From: Lama guanicoe
Lineage: Eukaryota
Reading direction: 5' to 3'
Assembly: GCA_013239625.1 (NCBI GenBank)
Contig: MU053304.1
Location: 2,480,001 to 2,544,000, forward strand
Length of the DNA: 64,000 nucleotides
Part shown: piece by piece, positions 1 to 11,570 of the stretch
How the letters are laid out: each line of letters begins with the position of its first letter
How positions within the stretch are numbered: the stretch's first letter is position 1
Notes under the pieces: generated by a model
Told to the model about the DNA's origin: nothing
Seen by the model: the letters and a program-made list of their open reading frames with translations, nothing else
The model's database searches: none
Made by a program: the position numbers and the translations under genes

Positions 1-436
1 TGTAATGACAAATTTCATTATTGTCTGGGCTGGTTCCTGTCCCAGTTTCTGTTACTGGCTGCAGACAGCATCATCGTCAGTGAAACTGAGTAGGCTGGAG
101 GTCATTGAGCCTTCTGATGCTCTTCAGACTACATCTCGCAGGCAGCTACAGCTCTGAGCGGACACAAAGTCACATCCTTCCACGCTTTTCCTTTGGAGGA
201 GTCTCTGCCATGACAGCTCTTCTGTTCCTGCTGAGTGGACTGAGCTGGAAGACAGACCTGGATGAGAGCTCAGGGCAAGATCGGATCATCAGTGGCATCA
301 ACAGTGGATTGGGACCCAGTCGTTTATGGAGTGCCTCGGCAGGTGTCGTGTTCCACCGGAGTGTTGTGACCCTGGAGGCACATTTTTATGGCACCTAGAC
401 GTGGTTCAAGGAGCTGGAAATGAGTTGACGTAGTTC

Positions 437-549
437 TAAGGTATTGCATGTGTCCTGGTTTGCCTGGAACTTTCTTGCCGTTAGCACTGAAAATGCCACA
501 TCCTGGGAAATCCCTCCATCCCTAGAAGACTGGGATGGTTGTCACCCCA
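437..549. mobile_element. MER81-like hAT-Blackjack MITE
   Basis: ~113 bp internally palindromic element: gtcctggtttgcctggaac...ttagcactgaaaatgcc...tcctgggaaatccctc...ctgggatggttgtcacccca, matching the recalled MER81 layout. Confidence 0.75.
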
Positions 550-749
550 CCAGGGCCATAGTCTCACCTGTCACTTGTCAGTCATGAATCCTTGCAGACA
601 TAGACTCACCTCTCTGGGCCTCTGTTAACTAAGCAAGCTTGAAAATCTGGCCCCCAGATCCACTCCTGGTTCTGAGACTGTGCTCCACCTACAAGGCTTG
701 CTCCGCCTGAGAGACCAGAGAGTGAGACTCATTGCAATCACTTGGTTCT

Positions 750-835
750 ATCACATTTTACAGACAAGACGACCAAGGCTTGGGAAGTGAAGTGACTTTC
801 TCGATGTCATGAACGCCCATGGAGTGACTGAGCCT
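750..835 (-). mobile_element. MIR SINE core fragment
   Basis: cacattttacagacaagacgaccaaggcttgggaagtgaagtgacttt is the reverse complement of the MIR core. Confidence 0.6.
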
Positions 836-1876
836 TGGTTTTCCCACCCTCAGACTGGTATTGTCTTGATTGCAAACTGGTCCGTCCCAAGGTAAAAGTT
901 CAAAGAGTCGAATGGTTACTCCTATGACAAATGCTCAGGGACCTGAAGGGTTGTTCAGCTGAGCTAAACACCTCCATATTTAGCTTTACCTCGTCAGACA
1001 CACCTCCTCTCCAGGCTGTTCCCTGTGGGATCACTGGTCAAATCTGCCTTTCAGTGACACTGTCTTGACTCTGTATGTGGGCACAGACCGACTAAAGTCA
1101 ATTCTGTGTCTGTGCAAAGAACTATTTCCCTGTCTCTCCAGGCTTCCTCACTGCTGTCATTTTGTGAAAACAGCAGCAGAAACATCCTGCATAATATTAT
1201 GCTTGTTACCTTCTTGGAATCCCTAAGGCAACACATTCTGAAAGGTCTGATGCCCTGTTGCTTATTACACTTCATGGTTTCCAGTTTTCTCTGATAAACA
1301 TCACAAATACGATGTGGGGCATTTGGTGCATTTTACTTAAAAACAAAAACTTCATTAGTCATGATTTATTTCAGAATGGAAAAAGAAATCTCTGAGTCTT
1401 AGCTTTGCCCATTTTAACTTCAGAGGGAAAAAAAAAAAGCTTTTATTTGTTCTTAAGTATTCTTACTATGACTCTGGCTCTTAATTAGACTGGATTTGTA
1501 ATCTGCGTCACATCACCTACTGCTTCTCTGCTCTTTGTCTTTCTGCATGTGCCCCACAGCCAGCTGTTTCAATGGGCAGTGCATTTTGGAGATGCAAAGT
1601 CTTATTTTGTCTGTTATGTGAATATCTCAGCCATGCTATCTCATGTCATAAAAGAGGTCTCTTGTATTTAATCTGAACTCCAACAAGGATTTTGGAGAAC
1701 TGAAACGAGCCACTTCTATATCTTATAATGTATCAAATTTTAGATTAGTTTTGCCTCTTGTTTGTTGCATAGAATTTTGGTGATGGCTTGTGAATATTAT
1801 TCTTTCGAGTATAATGAAACACATTTGGCTGTCAGTAACAGAGTTCTTGACCATTGCGGCTTAAATAATAGGTATT

Positions 1877-2332
1877 TCTTTTTTTTTTTAAATTGAAGTA
1901 TAGTTGATTCACAATATTGTGTTAGTTTTGGGTATGCAGCAAAGTGATTTGGTTATACATTTATGTGTATATGTATATATATTCTTTTTAACATACTTTT
2001 CCATTATATCTTATTAAAAAATATTGAATATAGTTCCTTGTGCTCTACAGTAAAACCTTGCTGCTAATCTATTTTATATATGGTAGTGTGCATCTGTTAA
2101 TCCCATACTCCCAAGTTCTCCCTCTTGTCTCTTTTGGTGACAATAATTTGTTTTCTATGTCTGTGAGTCTATTTTTGTCTTGTAAACAAGCTCATTATAA
2201 CTATTTTTTTAGACTCCACATGTAAGCAATATCATATAATATTTGTCATTCTCTGTCTGACTGACTTCACTTAGTATGATCATCTCTAGGTCCATCCGTG
2301 TTGCTGCCAATGGGCAGCATTTCTAATGGCTG
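1877..2332 (-). mobile_element. 5'-truncated artiodactyl-type L1 3' end
   Basis: T-rich tail, then aaattgaagtatagttgatt...atattgaatatagttccttgtgct...acttcacttagtatgatcatctctaggtccatccgtgttgctgc, which is L1 3'UTR/ORF2 end in antisense. Confidence 0.9.
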
Positions 2333-2554
2333 AGAATTTCCTAATCTCACAGAACACGTTGTTGGGAGGTGGGCCATTCCAGGTTTGGGGCATGAGCATC
2401 CATGACACAGGCTCCTCCTGTCATCCTGTTCTGCCGCCTTCACTCGTTTATTACCTTTACGACCACAAGATGGCAAGTATCTACATTCTCTAAGACAGTG
2501 TCCCAAGCAGAAAGAAAGGTGGCAGTGATAAAAGGGGCTTTCTCTTCTTGATTT

Positions 2555-3040
2555 CTTTTGTTTGTTTTCATACTTTTAAAAGTTGAAGTATATTCAGTTT
2601 ACAATGTTGTTTCAATTTCAGGTGTACAGCATAATAGTTCAGTCATACATATACATATATATATTCATTTTCATTCTTTTTCATTTAGGTGACTACAAGA
2701 TATTGAATATAGTTCCCTCTGCTATACAATTTAAACTTGTTGTTTATCTGCAGATCTCAAACTCCCAATTTATCCCTTCCCACCCCCTTAAGTTTGTTTT
2801 CTATGTCTGTGAGCCTGTTTCTGTTTTGTAAATAAGTTCATTTGTCTTTTTTTTTGGATTCCACATATAAGTGATATCATGTGGTATTTTTCTTTTTCTT
2901 TCTGGCTTACTTCACTTAGAATGATCAACAGATAACTGGATAAAGAAGTTGTGGTGTATTTATATAATGGAATACTAGTCAGCCATAAAAAAGAATAAAA
3001 TAATTCCATCCGAAGCAACATGGATGGACCTGGAGATCAT
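2555..3040 (-). mobile_element. L1 with 5' inversion (twin priming), TSD tcttcttgattt
   Basis: Antisense L1 3' end at 2555-2926 joined to a sense L1 segment at 2927-3040. Flanking repeat tcttcttgattt at 2543-2554 and 3040-3051. Confidence 0.9.
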
Positions 3041-4459
3041 CTTCTTGATTTTTTATTTTTTTTTTTGTATCAGGAGGAAAACCTTTCCCAGAAACCTCGA
3101 GCAGACTTCCTCCTATATCTTTGCCAGAACTTGGTCCCTTGTCCAAACCTACGTCAAAAGGAAACTGACTCACCATGACTGGGCTTGGGTTACATGCAAT
3201 TATGGTGAATATTGCTACCCAGACAAAATTGGGGGTCTGTAGGCAAGGGAGAAAAGCAACTGACAACCAAGTCCTTTTGGTTTTCAGTTATTCAGCCCGG
3301 AATTGGCTTTCTGATTTTAAACCTTCTGAACTAATCGAAGCAGATGAGAGGTGGTTAATTTTTTAAAATGTGTGTGAACTTTTAATGTCATGAATGACTC
3401 AATGCAACTGTTTTATGTGCAAAATGTGTTGTAGTTCAGGAGTGGAGATTTTAGGTAAAGAATTAAGGGTCCCCAAATCAAAGCTGTTGGGCCCTGTGGT
3501 GGCTCCAAATATAACGTCATTTATTTAAAATGGCAGTAAGTCAGATTCTTTGCTAGGAACATAGATGGCAATTCTTTTTGCTTGTCACACTGAACAGGGG
3601 TAAGGAATGTGTAATAGCTTGGAAGTGCTATCTACACGTTCGTAGGATGAGGACAAGGAGAGCGACTTAAGCATCTGGACATTGGCAAACGTAACAAAGC
3701 ACAGGGGACGGACCAAGTGCTCTGCGTGGCCTGTGGCGTGGAGTTGGTGGCTTCATGCTGTAGCTTTCTCTCCTGCTCGCTCTCTTCAAGTCTGTCTCTC
3801 ATCGGACTCGTTTTTATTTTGAGCTTCCTGGCCAGATGGACTTCCAAACCTGTGTTCAGAATAATCCCTAGTTTTTTGCTATTCCCCACAAGTGATCAGT
3901 AACAACAGTCATGAAACACACAGCAGGATGCGCTTTTGGGCAGTCACTCCTCACCATTTCAGGACGTGTGCCCAGCTGTTTATGATACAAGGCTGTTCCC
4001 TTTTGGGAAAATGCAGCACAGGTTAAGCGCGATCTCTTACTTGGCCTCCTTGGACTCACAAGCGCCACTTCCTTATCAGCCATATTTTAGAAACTAGCAA
4101 AACCAGATACGTTTTAAAATGCATCTATCTAATAGGAATTATAACTGTATTAAGAACGTTTCACTCTCATAGCCCTGCCTCTGGCGGAACATTGCCTCAT
4201 GAGATATTTTGACAATTACCAAATCTTAATACTATTTCCTGGTGCAAAGTGTTCCTCTTCCTCAGCTACACGTATTCATTAATTCCCAAATTCCCAGAAT
4301 AAAGGCAAATCAGCCTCCCACCCTTTCTTTTTCCCCCATGGAGACTGCATATTTTCCTGACAGCCTGCTGTAATTCAGTAGAATAACACACCAGCTTTGT
4401 ACCTCCAAGGCCTCTTTGCTTCCAAAAGTTTGGCGTGCGTCACCTGGAGATTAGTTTCC

Positions 4460-4760
4460 TGGGTCGGGCAAAATCATCTAACACAAAGCCCATTTTATAA
4501 TAAAGTGTTGAATATCTCATGGAATTTATTGAAAACTGTACTGAAAGCCGAAAGAGAGAATGGCTGTCTGGATCCAGAATGGTTGTAAGTGTATCAGTTG
4601 TTCACCTTCGTGATGGAGTGGGTGACTGGGAGCTGCAGCTCACTGCCCAGCAGCAAGACAATATTGTGGTGCAGATCGCCAGCCCAGGAAAGGAGGAAAA
4701 TGCAAAATTCAAAGTGCAGTTTCTAAGGGAGGCATTTGGCTTTGACATTGCCGTAAAGCC
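4460..4760. mobile_element. Tigger5/MER47-like TcMar DNA transposon fragment
   Basis: ggcaaaatcatctaacacaaagcccattttataataaagtgttgaatatctcatggaatttattgaaaactgtactgaaag...aaagtgcagtttcta matches the recalled MER47/Tigger5 consensus. Confidence 0.75.
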
Positions 4761-5849
4761 TGCATATTTTCGTCCAGCTTCTCAGATTTCATAAGAGGCT
4801 ATCAACCTAACACTAAGCTCTGCTCTCTTCCAAGGGTTTGTCAGGACCTAAGATCCCAAACTCATTGCTTCCCAACGCCCAGTTCAGGGAATCTTATTAG
4901 AGGAAAACCTTCTGGACAATATATTTTTGTCTCTCCCTGTAGGTTTGCAAAATTCTATCTGACTCAGTAACACTAACCGAGAGCTGCTGTCAGATCAAAA
5001 TGCTGGTAGCAGTATTTTAACTCAACAACACTGTCCATTTGCTAGATATTATTTCGTTGTCTAATTTGGGATACGTCAGTAAGAACAGAGGGGTCTGTTT
5101 CTTCCACCCGTTGCATCAGCACGGACAAGAACAAAGCTGCGGACCGCATCCAGGGCACTCTGCAACCTAGTACGTTCTCAGGACTCTCTCCTTTCAGGTG
5201 AATCCTTGACTCAATGAGACTTAATCTGTGACTTGCATTATTAAGTCCATCAAGTAAACTTCGATTAAGGCAAATAAACTTACGGTAATGAATTAGGAAT
5301 CTACTAACGGCATTTTTCTCACGTAACTCACATGAAAGCCAGGGCTCTCCAAGGCCCTGCTTTGTTATGGAATTATAGTCATTGAAACTGTAATGTGGTG
5401 CAATACCTTTAGTTAGAGAAATGGCAAACTAAATCTTTTGGAAAGAAAAATGCTAAAACTGGAAGTTTAGTCTTTGTGCACAGTTGAAACAGAAAAGAAG
5501 ATTGGGAGAAATTCTGTTTCAACTTCCCCACCTTTTGGAAGAAACAAGAATGGTAACAACAAAAGCTCTCCACTCTTCTCTTCTGTCCTCTGTCTGCTTG
5601 CCGGATCCTCCCAGCTGTGAAGTTTTCCTCTCTCTTTTCCCATATAGACCCCTCCCCATCACACTGCTCCCCATTTTTCTCAACAAGGGGCTCCGGGCTA
5701 CAGGAAGTTCCAACACCTGACATTTCCCTGGGCACAGCCTCTTGGAAACTGTAGTTCTTCCCTAGTGCCAACTATCTTTCAGAAAAGAGAGTGACTCTGG
5801 AATTCTGGAATAAAATTTTCCCTGTGGAATATTTTGCACAACCAGCCTG

Positions 5850-6009
5850 CAGGGCTGGCTTCAGGGACTTGAGGCTGTACAATCACACAGGGTCAGACCC
5901 TCAGAGGGACCTGGCCCTTGATTTAAATCTCCACTGTTGCAGTGATTGTGAACAAAGGGTCCTGCATTTTCATTTTTCACTGTGACTAGCAATTCTGAAG
6001 CTGGCCCTG
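5850..6009 (+). mobile_element. MER45A-like hAT-Tip100 MITE
   Basis: TIRs cagggctggct...agctggccctg; internal gaacaaagggtcctgcattttcatttttcactg. Confidence 0.8.
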
Positions 6010-6579
6010 CGGACTTGGCATCCCTGGGCCCTGATGTGGCTGAGTAGAGTCAGCATCCAGGTGTTTATGAGAGAGGAAAGAGATCTGGGCTGGAAATGTC
6101 AACAACCCCGGGCTCAAGGGAAGTGAGAGAAGGAGGAAGGGAGGATCTCTCTGCACCTCTTCGTAGCCCCATCCCCGTAGGTCCTCCTGTGCTTGCTTAA
6201 TGGTGCCAAAGTGTGTGGTGTCTTCACCAAGTTCCTTTCTTTTCACTCTGCATCTAAGGCTGGCCACTTAGACTTTTATCAAGAATTATTAAGATGTGTT
6301 TGTGGCTTGTGGGACTTTGAAGCTCTGATGAAAGGCCTGAGAAACTGTTGGTTTGAATTCATAAGAATTCAAGGCCACAGAAATCTAGCCTCTCTTAGTA
6401 CTTATCCTTCTAACTCACATTTCAAAGCACTTAAACATCATAAAAAATTCTCTGTAAGCTTCCTCTGCTAGGAAAAAACAAGCATTTTCTTCACTCCCAA
6501 ATCAACGGATAATTTATTTGTGAGCTAACATTATTGTTCTGGTTTCTCTTTTTAAGAGGAGATACATGCATACACACAC

Positions 6580-6609
6580 ATCAAAATCAAAGATGTCTTT
6601 GATTTTGAT
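6580..6609. repeat. Perfect 14-bp inverted repeat with 2-nt spacer
   Basis: atcaaaatcaaaga-tg-tctttgattttgat. Confidence 0.95.
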
Positions 6610-7014
6610 TTTACAGAAATAATTGAAAACATTGTGCAGAACGGCAGGACTTATGCAAACATCATTGGTTATTTCTAGATCACTGTGTTGAATTGATGTT
6701 GATGGAGAATTTATTACCTGAGCAGAATCCCCAGGAGATCGATATTCCTTGAGAACTAGACCTTGTTTATTTCCTCCTTATGTCTCCACTGTATCACAAG
6801 ACTCAACACACAAAAAAAAACACTCCATGATCATTTTTTGAAAGCGTGATGTTCAAATTTTTTTTGAATCCCCCAAAACACATTAAACTTAAAAAAAAAC
6901 TTGTTTCACAGTTATATGTCCTGTTTATTGGTGTGTATCATATCAGTGATGTTCATAAGGCATATATACTATTATATATAACAGCATGCCTGTTATATAC
7001 TATAATAAGCTATT

Positions 7015-7142
7015 AGTGGTAGTTCTTACATTGTGACTAATGTAGGGGAATGTGTGTACGTGGTGTCAGGAACTCTCTGTACCAGCTCCACAATTTTTCT
7101 GTAGATCTAAAACTACTCTAAGATAAAAAATTTATTTTAAAA
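7015..7142 (+). mobile_element. Old L1MC/L1MD 3' terminus
   Basis: ggaactctctgtacc...caatttttctgtagatctaaaactactctaagataaaaaatttattttaa. Confidence 0.7.
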
Positions 7143-8239
7143 GAGTCAAAGTAACTTTTACCATATACTGAGTCATATTAAATTACTGGAAAGCTCTCTT
7201 GATTGAGTTGTTTTTGCTGGGAAACAGAATGACATGCTTGGTGAACGTTTCATAACTAATTTAATGATGATGATCTTCCATAAAATGAGGAAAACCACGC
7301 TGTCCCATAATGAATCTGCTGTCTCCAGCACACACTCATCCCGGATTGGAGGCAGGGAGCCAGGGGTAGTTGGAACAAGCAGATGGTGTCTGATGACCAG
7401 GCTGTGACTTCAGGTCCCTGGAGCACCCAGCTCCCTCCTCAGTGCCTGCCCTTCCTGAATCAAAGGCTGAAAGAGCCAGTGAAGTTTATTCAGTGTGTTC
7501 CGGATGAGTTAACAGGTGACAGATCTCTGCGACATTCCATCACATTAATTTTAATGTCCCTACATGTCTGATGTGAAAGACCGGAATGACCTCCCAGTGT
7601 TCCTAATTAGTGTTCTCAGCACAGCTTCTTTATCATTTCTCAGAAGCGGCTTACATTTCCAATTTTAGCAAATGGTACAATTTATAATTTTTGCATGTAT
7701 AACTGGAGAATCAAATGAAGAGATATCTATGTGGAACCATCACAAGTTAAATAGTCCATGGGGGTACTACGGAATTTGAATTAAATGTTTCACGTGACTT
7801 TCCTGAAGACATGTGAGCCACAGATCTTCTGTGACAGATGCATTTATACATATCTGATGGTTTGAACAGTGATTGAAAGCCCTATGCAAAATCCAGGGTG
7901 AGAAAACTGTTCGTGTTAACATCAAAATGTGAAATCTGCTGAGGGTATAATCAATCATCTCAGTTCTGAAAACAATTCTAAAATTGTATTTTTGTTTGAT
8001 ATTTGAATATTATTTTAAGAATTTGCCAGTGACATCCTGACTCCCATATTGTCATGACTTAGTTTTCTTTCCAAACTGTGGGAAGTTGGTTTTAACTGTA
8101 TTTCTTGTAGCTAAAAGAACACATGTTCCAGGAACCTGAATTTAGTTATCAATATCAACAAAAATGCATGTTCTGGTAATGATTCAACTCTTAGAAGACT
8201 AGCTTCATGTTTTCCATTTTTTTCCTGTTCTTTATAACC

Positions 8240-8412
8240 ATAAAGCATACACATAGAGAAAATTCTCAAAGGATGTACACTTCAACATTTTGATGGTGAT
8301 TAATGTGGGTTATGTGGTTAAGAATTATTTTAACTTTTTAAATATCTCTTTTCTTAATGTTATCTTAATATGTTTTTACCCTGAATATATATCACTTTAA
8401 TATTGGAAAAAT
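8240..8412 (+). mobile_element. Degenerate L1ME 3' fragment
   Basis: agagaaaattctcaaaggatgtacacttcaacattttgatggtgatt...gaatatatatcactttaatattggaaaaa. Confidence 0.5.
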
Positions 8413-9349
8413 GGCCCTATTTTCATAAATCATAAAACATTATCACAACCAAAATTTGTTTTGTTAAACATGTATTATTCAGTGTATTTAGAATGAAGAA
8501 TACTGTGAAATTGTTAGTTTAATCATAATAAGGTAAGTTATATTATTGATATAATAATGATTATTACTATGATATAGTATAAGCTTATTAATTCTGAATC
8601 TGGTAATTTCCATGTTAGCAAGAAGATTATCTTTGCCTTATTTTTAATAAAAGAAGGATTTTCTAAGCAATCTGGTAGTATTTCTGTGCTTCTCAGAGAA
8701 TGTTAACATGCTCAAGAGAATATTGAACTCAGTGAAATCCTTAATAATCCTCATTTACATATGATTATTTTATATACTTTTATTTTGTGTACTGAAGAGT
8801 GTGCCAAAGCACTCTCTGAAATCTTATTTTTCTCATAAAGTGCTTGTGACTAAGGACGTGTGACAGATTGCTTGCTGTTTGCATATATTTTAACTGAAGA
8901 ACAAAGGGTCAGATTGCTCTTAGGTAGAGGCCAGTGGTTGGTTTTTAGGTTTCCAGAAAACTCTTCTTGCCTCCAGCATTATCCTTCACCTGTCGCCGAT
9001 ACCTTCTATTTATTTTTTAAATAACAATTGTCTTTCGTTAGAACTAGAACTATAGTTCCAAATATAAATATCTCAGGGACAGGGTCACATTGAATCAGTC
9101 TTATTAAAGTAGAACTTCCTGATGGAAGATTTGCTGAGAATCTTACTTGCTTAGTGGTTTCCTGGTTTTATGTGAGTCAAGGGTGCATTGAAGGGTGGGT
9201 AGGAGTGGGGTCCCTGAGGTAGATGAATAGGAAGCACAGCAGGAAATACACAATTAGGGAGAAGCACAAAACTGGCATAAAGAGCAAATAGGCTTCTGCA
9301 CACATTTACTTGGGCCTAGTTGATCAACTTGCTCAAAAATCCAAAGGAA

Positions 9350-11280
9350 CTTCTAAATAAAGCTGGTGGAATGCATGCGTGTTTATTCACTCCTCCATAA
9401 GTTCACCCCAGTTGACAAATAATAGAAAGTGATAGAAAAATAATATCCTCAGTGAAATAAGGAAGTGGCCGTAACCCAAAGCCATACCCTCTTGGAAGCC
9501 TAACTTCCAAAAACGTGAATTCTACACTAAAATAGGTGAAGAAACGCAGAAACAGAATTAAATTCAGCAGTCATGATCTCTGTATCACAGAGTCTTTGGT
9601 TAGACCTGGGGACTCTAGAGCCACCATCACCCTTTGAAAGAATTGGGAAGTGTCCTTCTAGGAACCACAGAGTCACAGGGGAAACACAGCTGAAGAAGAA
9701 CCCACACCAACAGTAGCACTGCCATTGACTGCGACCCAGCCGCCTACCATGGGGAGATGGCAGGCGAGGCAGGGACAGTGGGGAGCAGAGGAACCTGTTA
9801 CCTCCAAGCTGTCGCTGGTTCTTGGATGCTCGTAACTGAGGAGACATGTACTCGCAGGGCAAAGGAGGGAAACGGGAGAAAGATGTACCAACAGTGTCTG
9901 ATTTGGTGAGATGTCTGGGACAGCCAGACCCAGTCAGAGCTGCAGACGCTTCCAGTTTAATTCCCCTTTCCAGGACATAGGAAGAATCAGCACAGACACT
10001 GGGAGGAAAGATGCGAAGGAAAAGTACCTAAAGCAAAAAATAACACTTAAAAAATACTTCAGCAAAAGTTGAGTGAAAGATGAATAAAAATGAGCCTTAC
10101 TCATTAAAGAAAAAAAAGGGAAAATTAAGAAAAATGGCATTTCACAGTTTCAGAGTAGTAAGAAACAACATGATTTATTACTCCGTTTTTTAAAGGAAAG
10201 CTAAAAAAAGGGACCCAAGGATTCAAAGAAGAGATAATAAGACAAAACCAGGAGATAAAAAGCAAGTTGTCCGTGCACAGAAAAGCCAAAGAAACATAAA
10301 GCAAAAAATATAACAGCAAATAGAACAAAATAAAAACTTTCCTCTTGGCCTCTCAGAGCAATCTTCAAATGAATAAAGAACAAAGACACAGAAATCATCA
10401 TGGAGAGAGTATGGATATACCACACAGCGGCCCAACATACAATCCAACAGTGAACCTGAAGGCAATATGCTGAAGGATATAACAGGAAAAAATTTTCCTC
10501 AGATAAATTTGTTGAAATGCATATTGAAAATGCACAGTGCCTGGGAGAAAAAGAATTGAAACAGAATGGCCAACAATGAGACAGACCCTAAAATTCAAGA
10601 ATAAAGGAAAGAATTAGATAGTCATGCAGGCTGAAAAATGTCACCTACAGCCACACATACGCATGCACCTACACACAAGGGAGAAAAAAATCAGACTGAT
10701 TTCAGAATTCTCCACAACTACACTCACTGCTGGAAAATCGCGAGTTAATATTTTAAAAACACAAATTCTGACAGTGGGGGCGGGGGTAGAGGTGAAGGGG
10801 GGAAATATGGCTAAGAACTTTATACCCAGCTAAGCTTTCATTCAAGGGCAAATTCTCAAGCATGAAAGAATTCAGACTTCAGGGGTAGGTACCCATCATT
10901 TTTATATAGAGCATTAGGTTTAATCACTTTTTGGAATTACAATTACAAAACAGAATTTAAATGATATCAATAATAACAATAACACCAAAGGCATAAAAAT
11001 CAGGATGGGGACAGAGAGAAGCGAAGTATGTTTATTCCTTCACTCATAACAGGGAGTTGATGGATTTGTACTAAAATAAACACATGCCAACCTCCTGATG
11101 TTGTCATGAAGTCTTTTTTTTCCTTAAATTTCAGGGATACTTTCAGAAGCAATGATCTCTTATGATGAAGAAAGATATATCTGCCATTTTGACAATTTCC
11201 TCACTTTAACTGCAATTCATTTTGCTTCTGTTAAATTCAAGGACAATTAAATGTAAAAACCTATAAAGAAAAGATAGCAG
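9350..11280 (+). mobile_element. HAL1-like (ORF1-only L1 derivative) or old L1M 5' portion with decayed ORF1
   Basis: A-rich segment at ~10000-10400. It reads EKKIRLISEFSTTTLTAGKSRVNILK (ORF 10624-10833) and, in another frame, RTLYPAKLSFKG (~10815-10850), matching L1 ORF1p C-terminal motifs IRLTADFS and RILYPAKLSF. No ORF2 follows, and cataacagggagttgatgg resembles the HAL1 3' region. Confidence 0.7.
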
Positions 11281-11337
11281 GGGATAATCTGATGGGAATT
11301 TCTGACCAGTCTTTCTATCCTATTCAGTGGGTTGTGG

Positions 11338-11570
11338 AACATAGTGTTCAATGGTATAGACTCTGGAAACAGGTCTCAAGTCATGAATCCACCAATCATT
11401 TTTTTTTAATCTTCTTACACGAGCTGCTTCACTTTGCTGTGTTTCAGTTTGTTCATTAGGAAAGTGAGGATGAAGATAATATTTAGTTCATAGAACTTTT
11501 CAACAGACAAAAATGTCCCAGTGCTATCATACCACCTGGCATTTTGTAAGTGCTAAATATATCACTTTTA
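11338..11570 (+). mobile_element. MIR SINE
   Basis: atagtgttcaatggtatagactctgg...gtttcagtttgttcattaggaaagtgaggatgaagataata...cctggcattttgtaagtgct. Confidence 0.7.

Larger units (their letters stand above)
1826..3270 (-). mobile_element. Old MaLR LTR (MLT1K/L-like), split into three pieces by two L1 insertions
   Basis: Pieces at ~1826-1875 (ttggctgtcagtaacagag...ggcttaaataa), ~2335-2554 (cacaagatggc...cccaagcagaaagaaagg) and ~3052-3270 (aggaggaaaacctttcccagaa...gcagacttcc...acaaaattggggg) read as one continuous MLT1 LTR. Confidence 0.65.
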
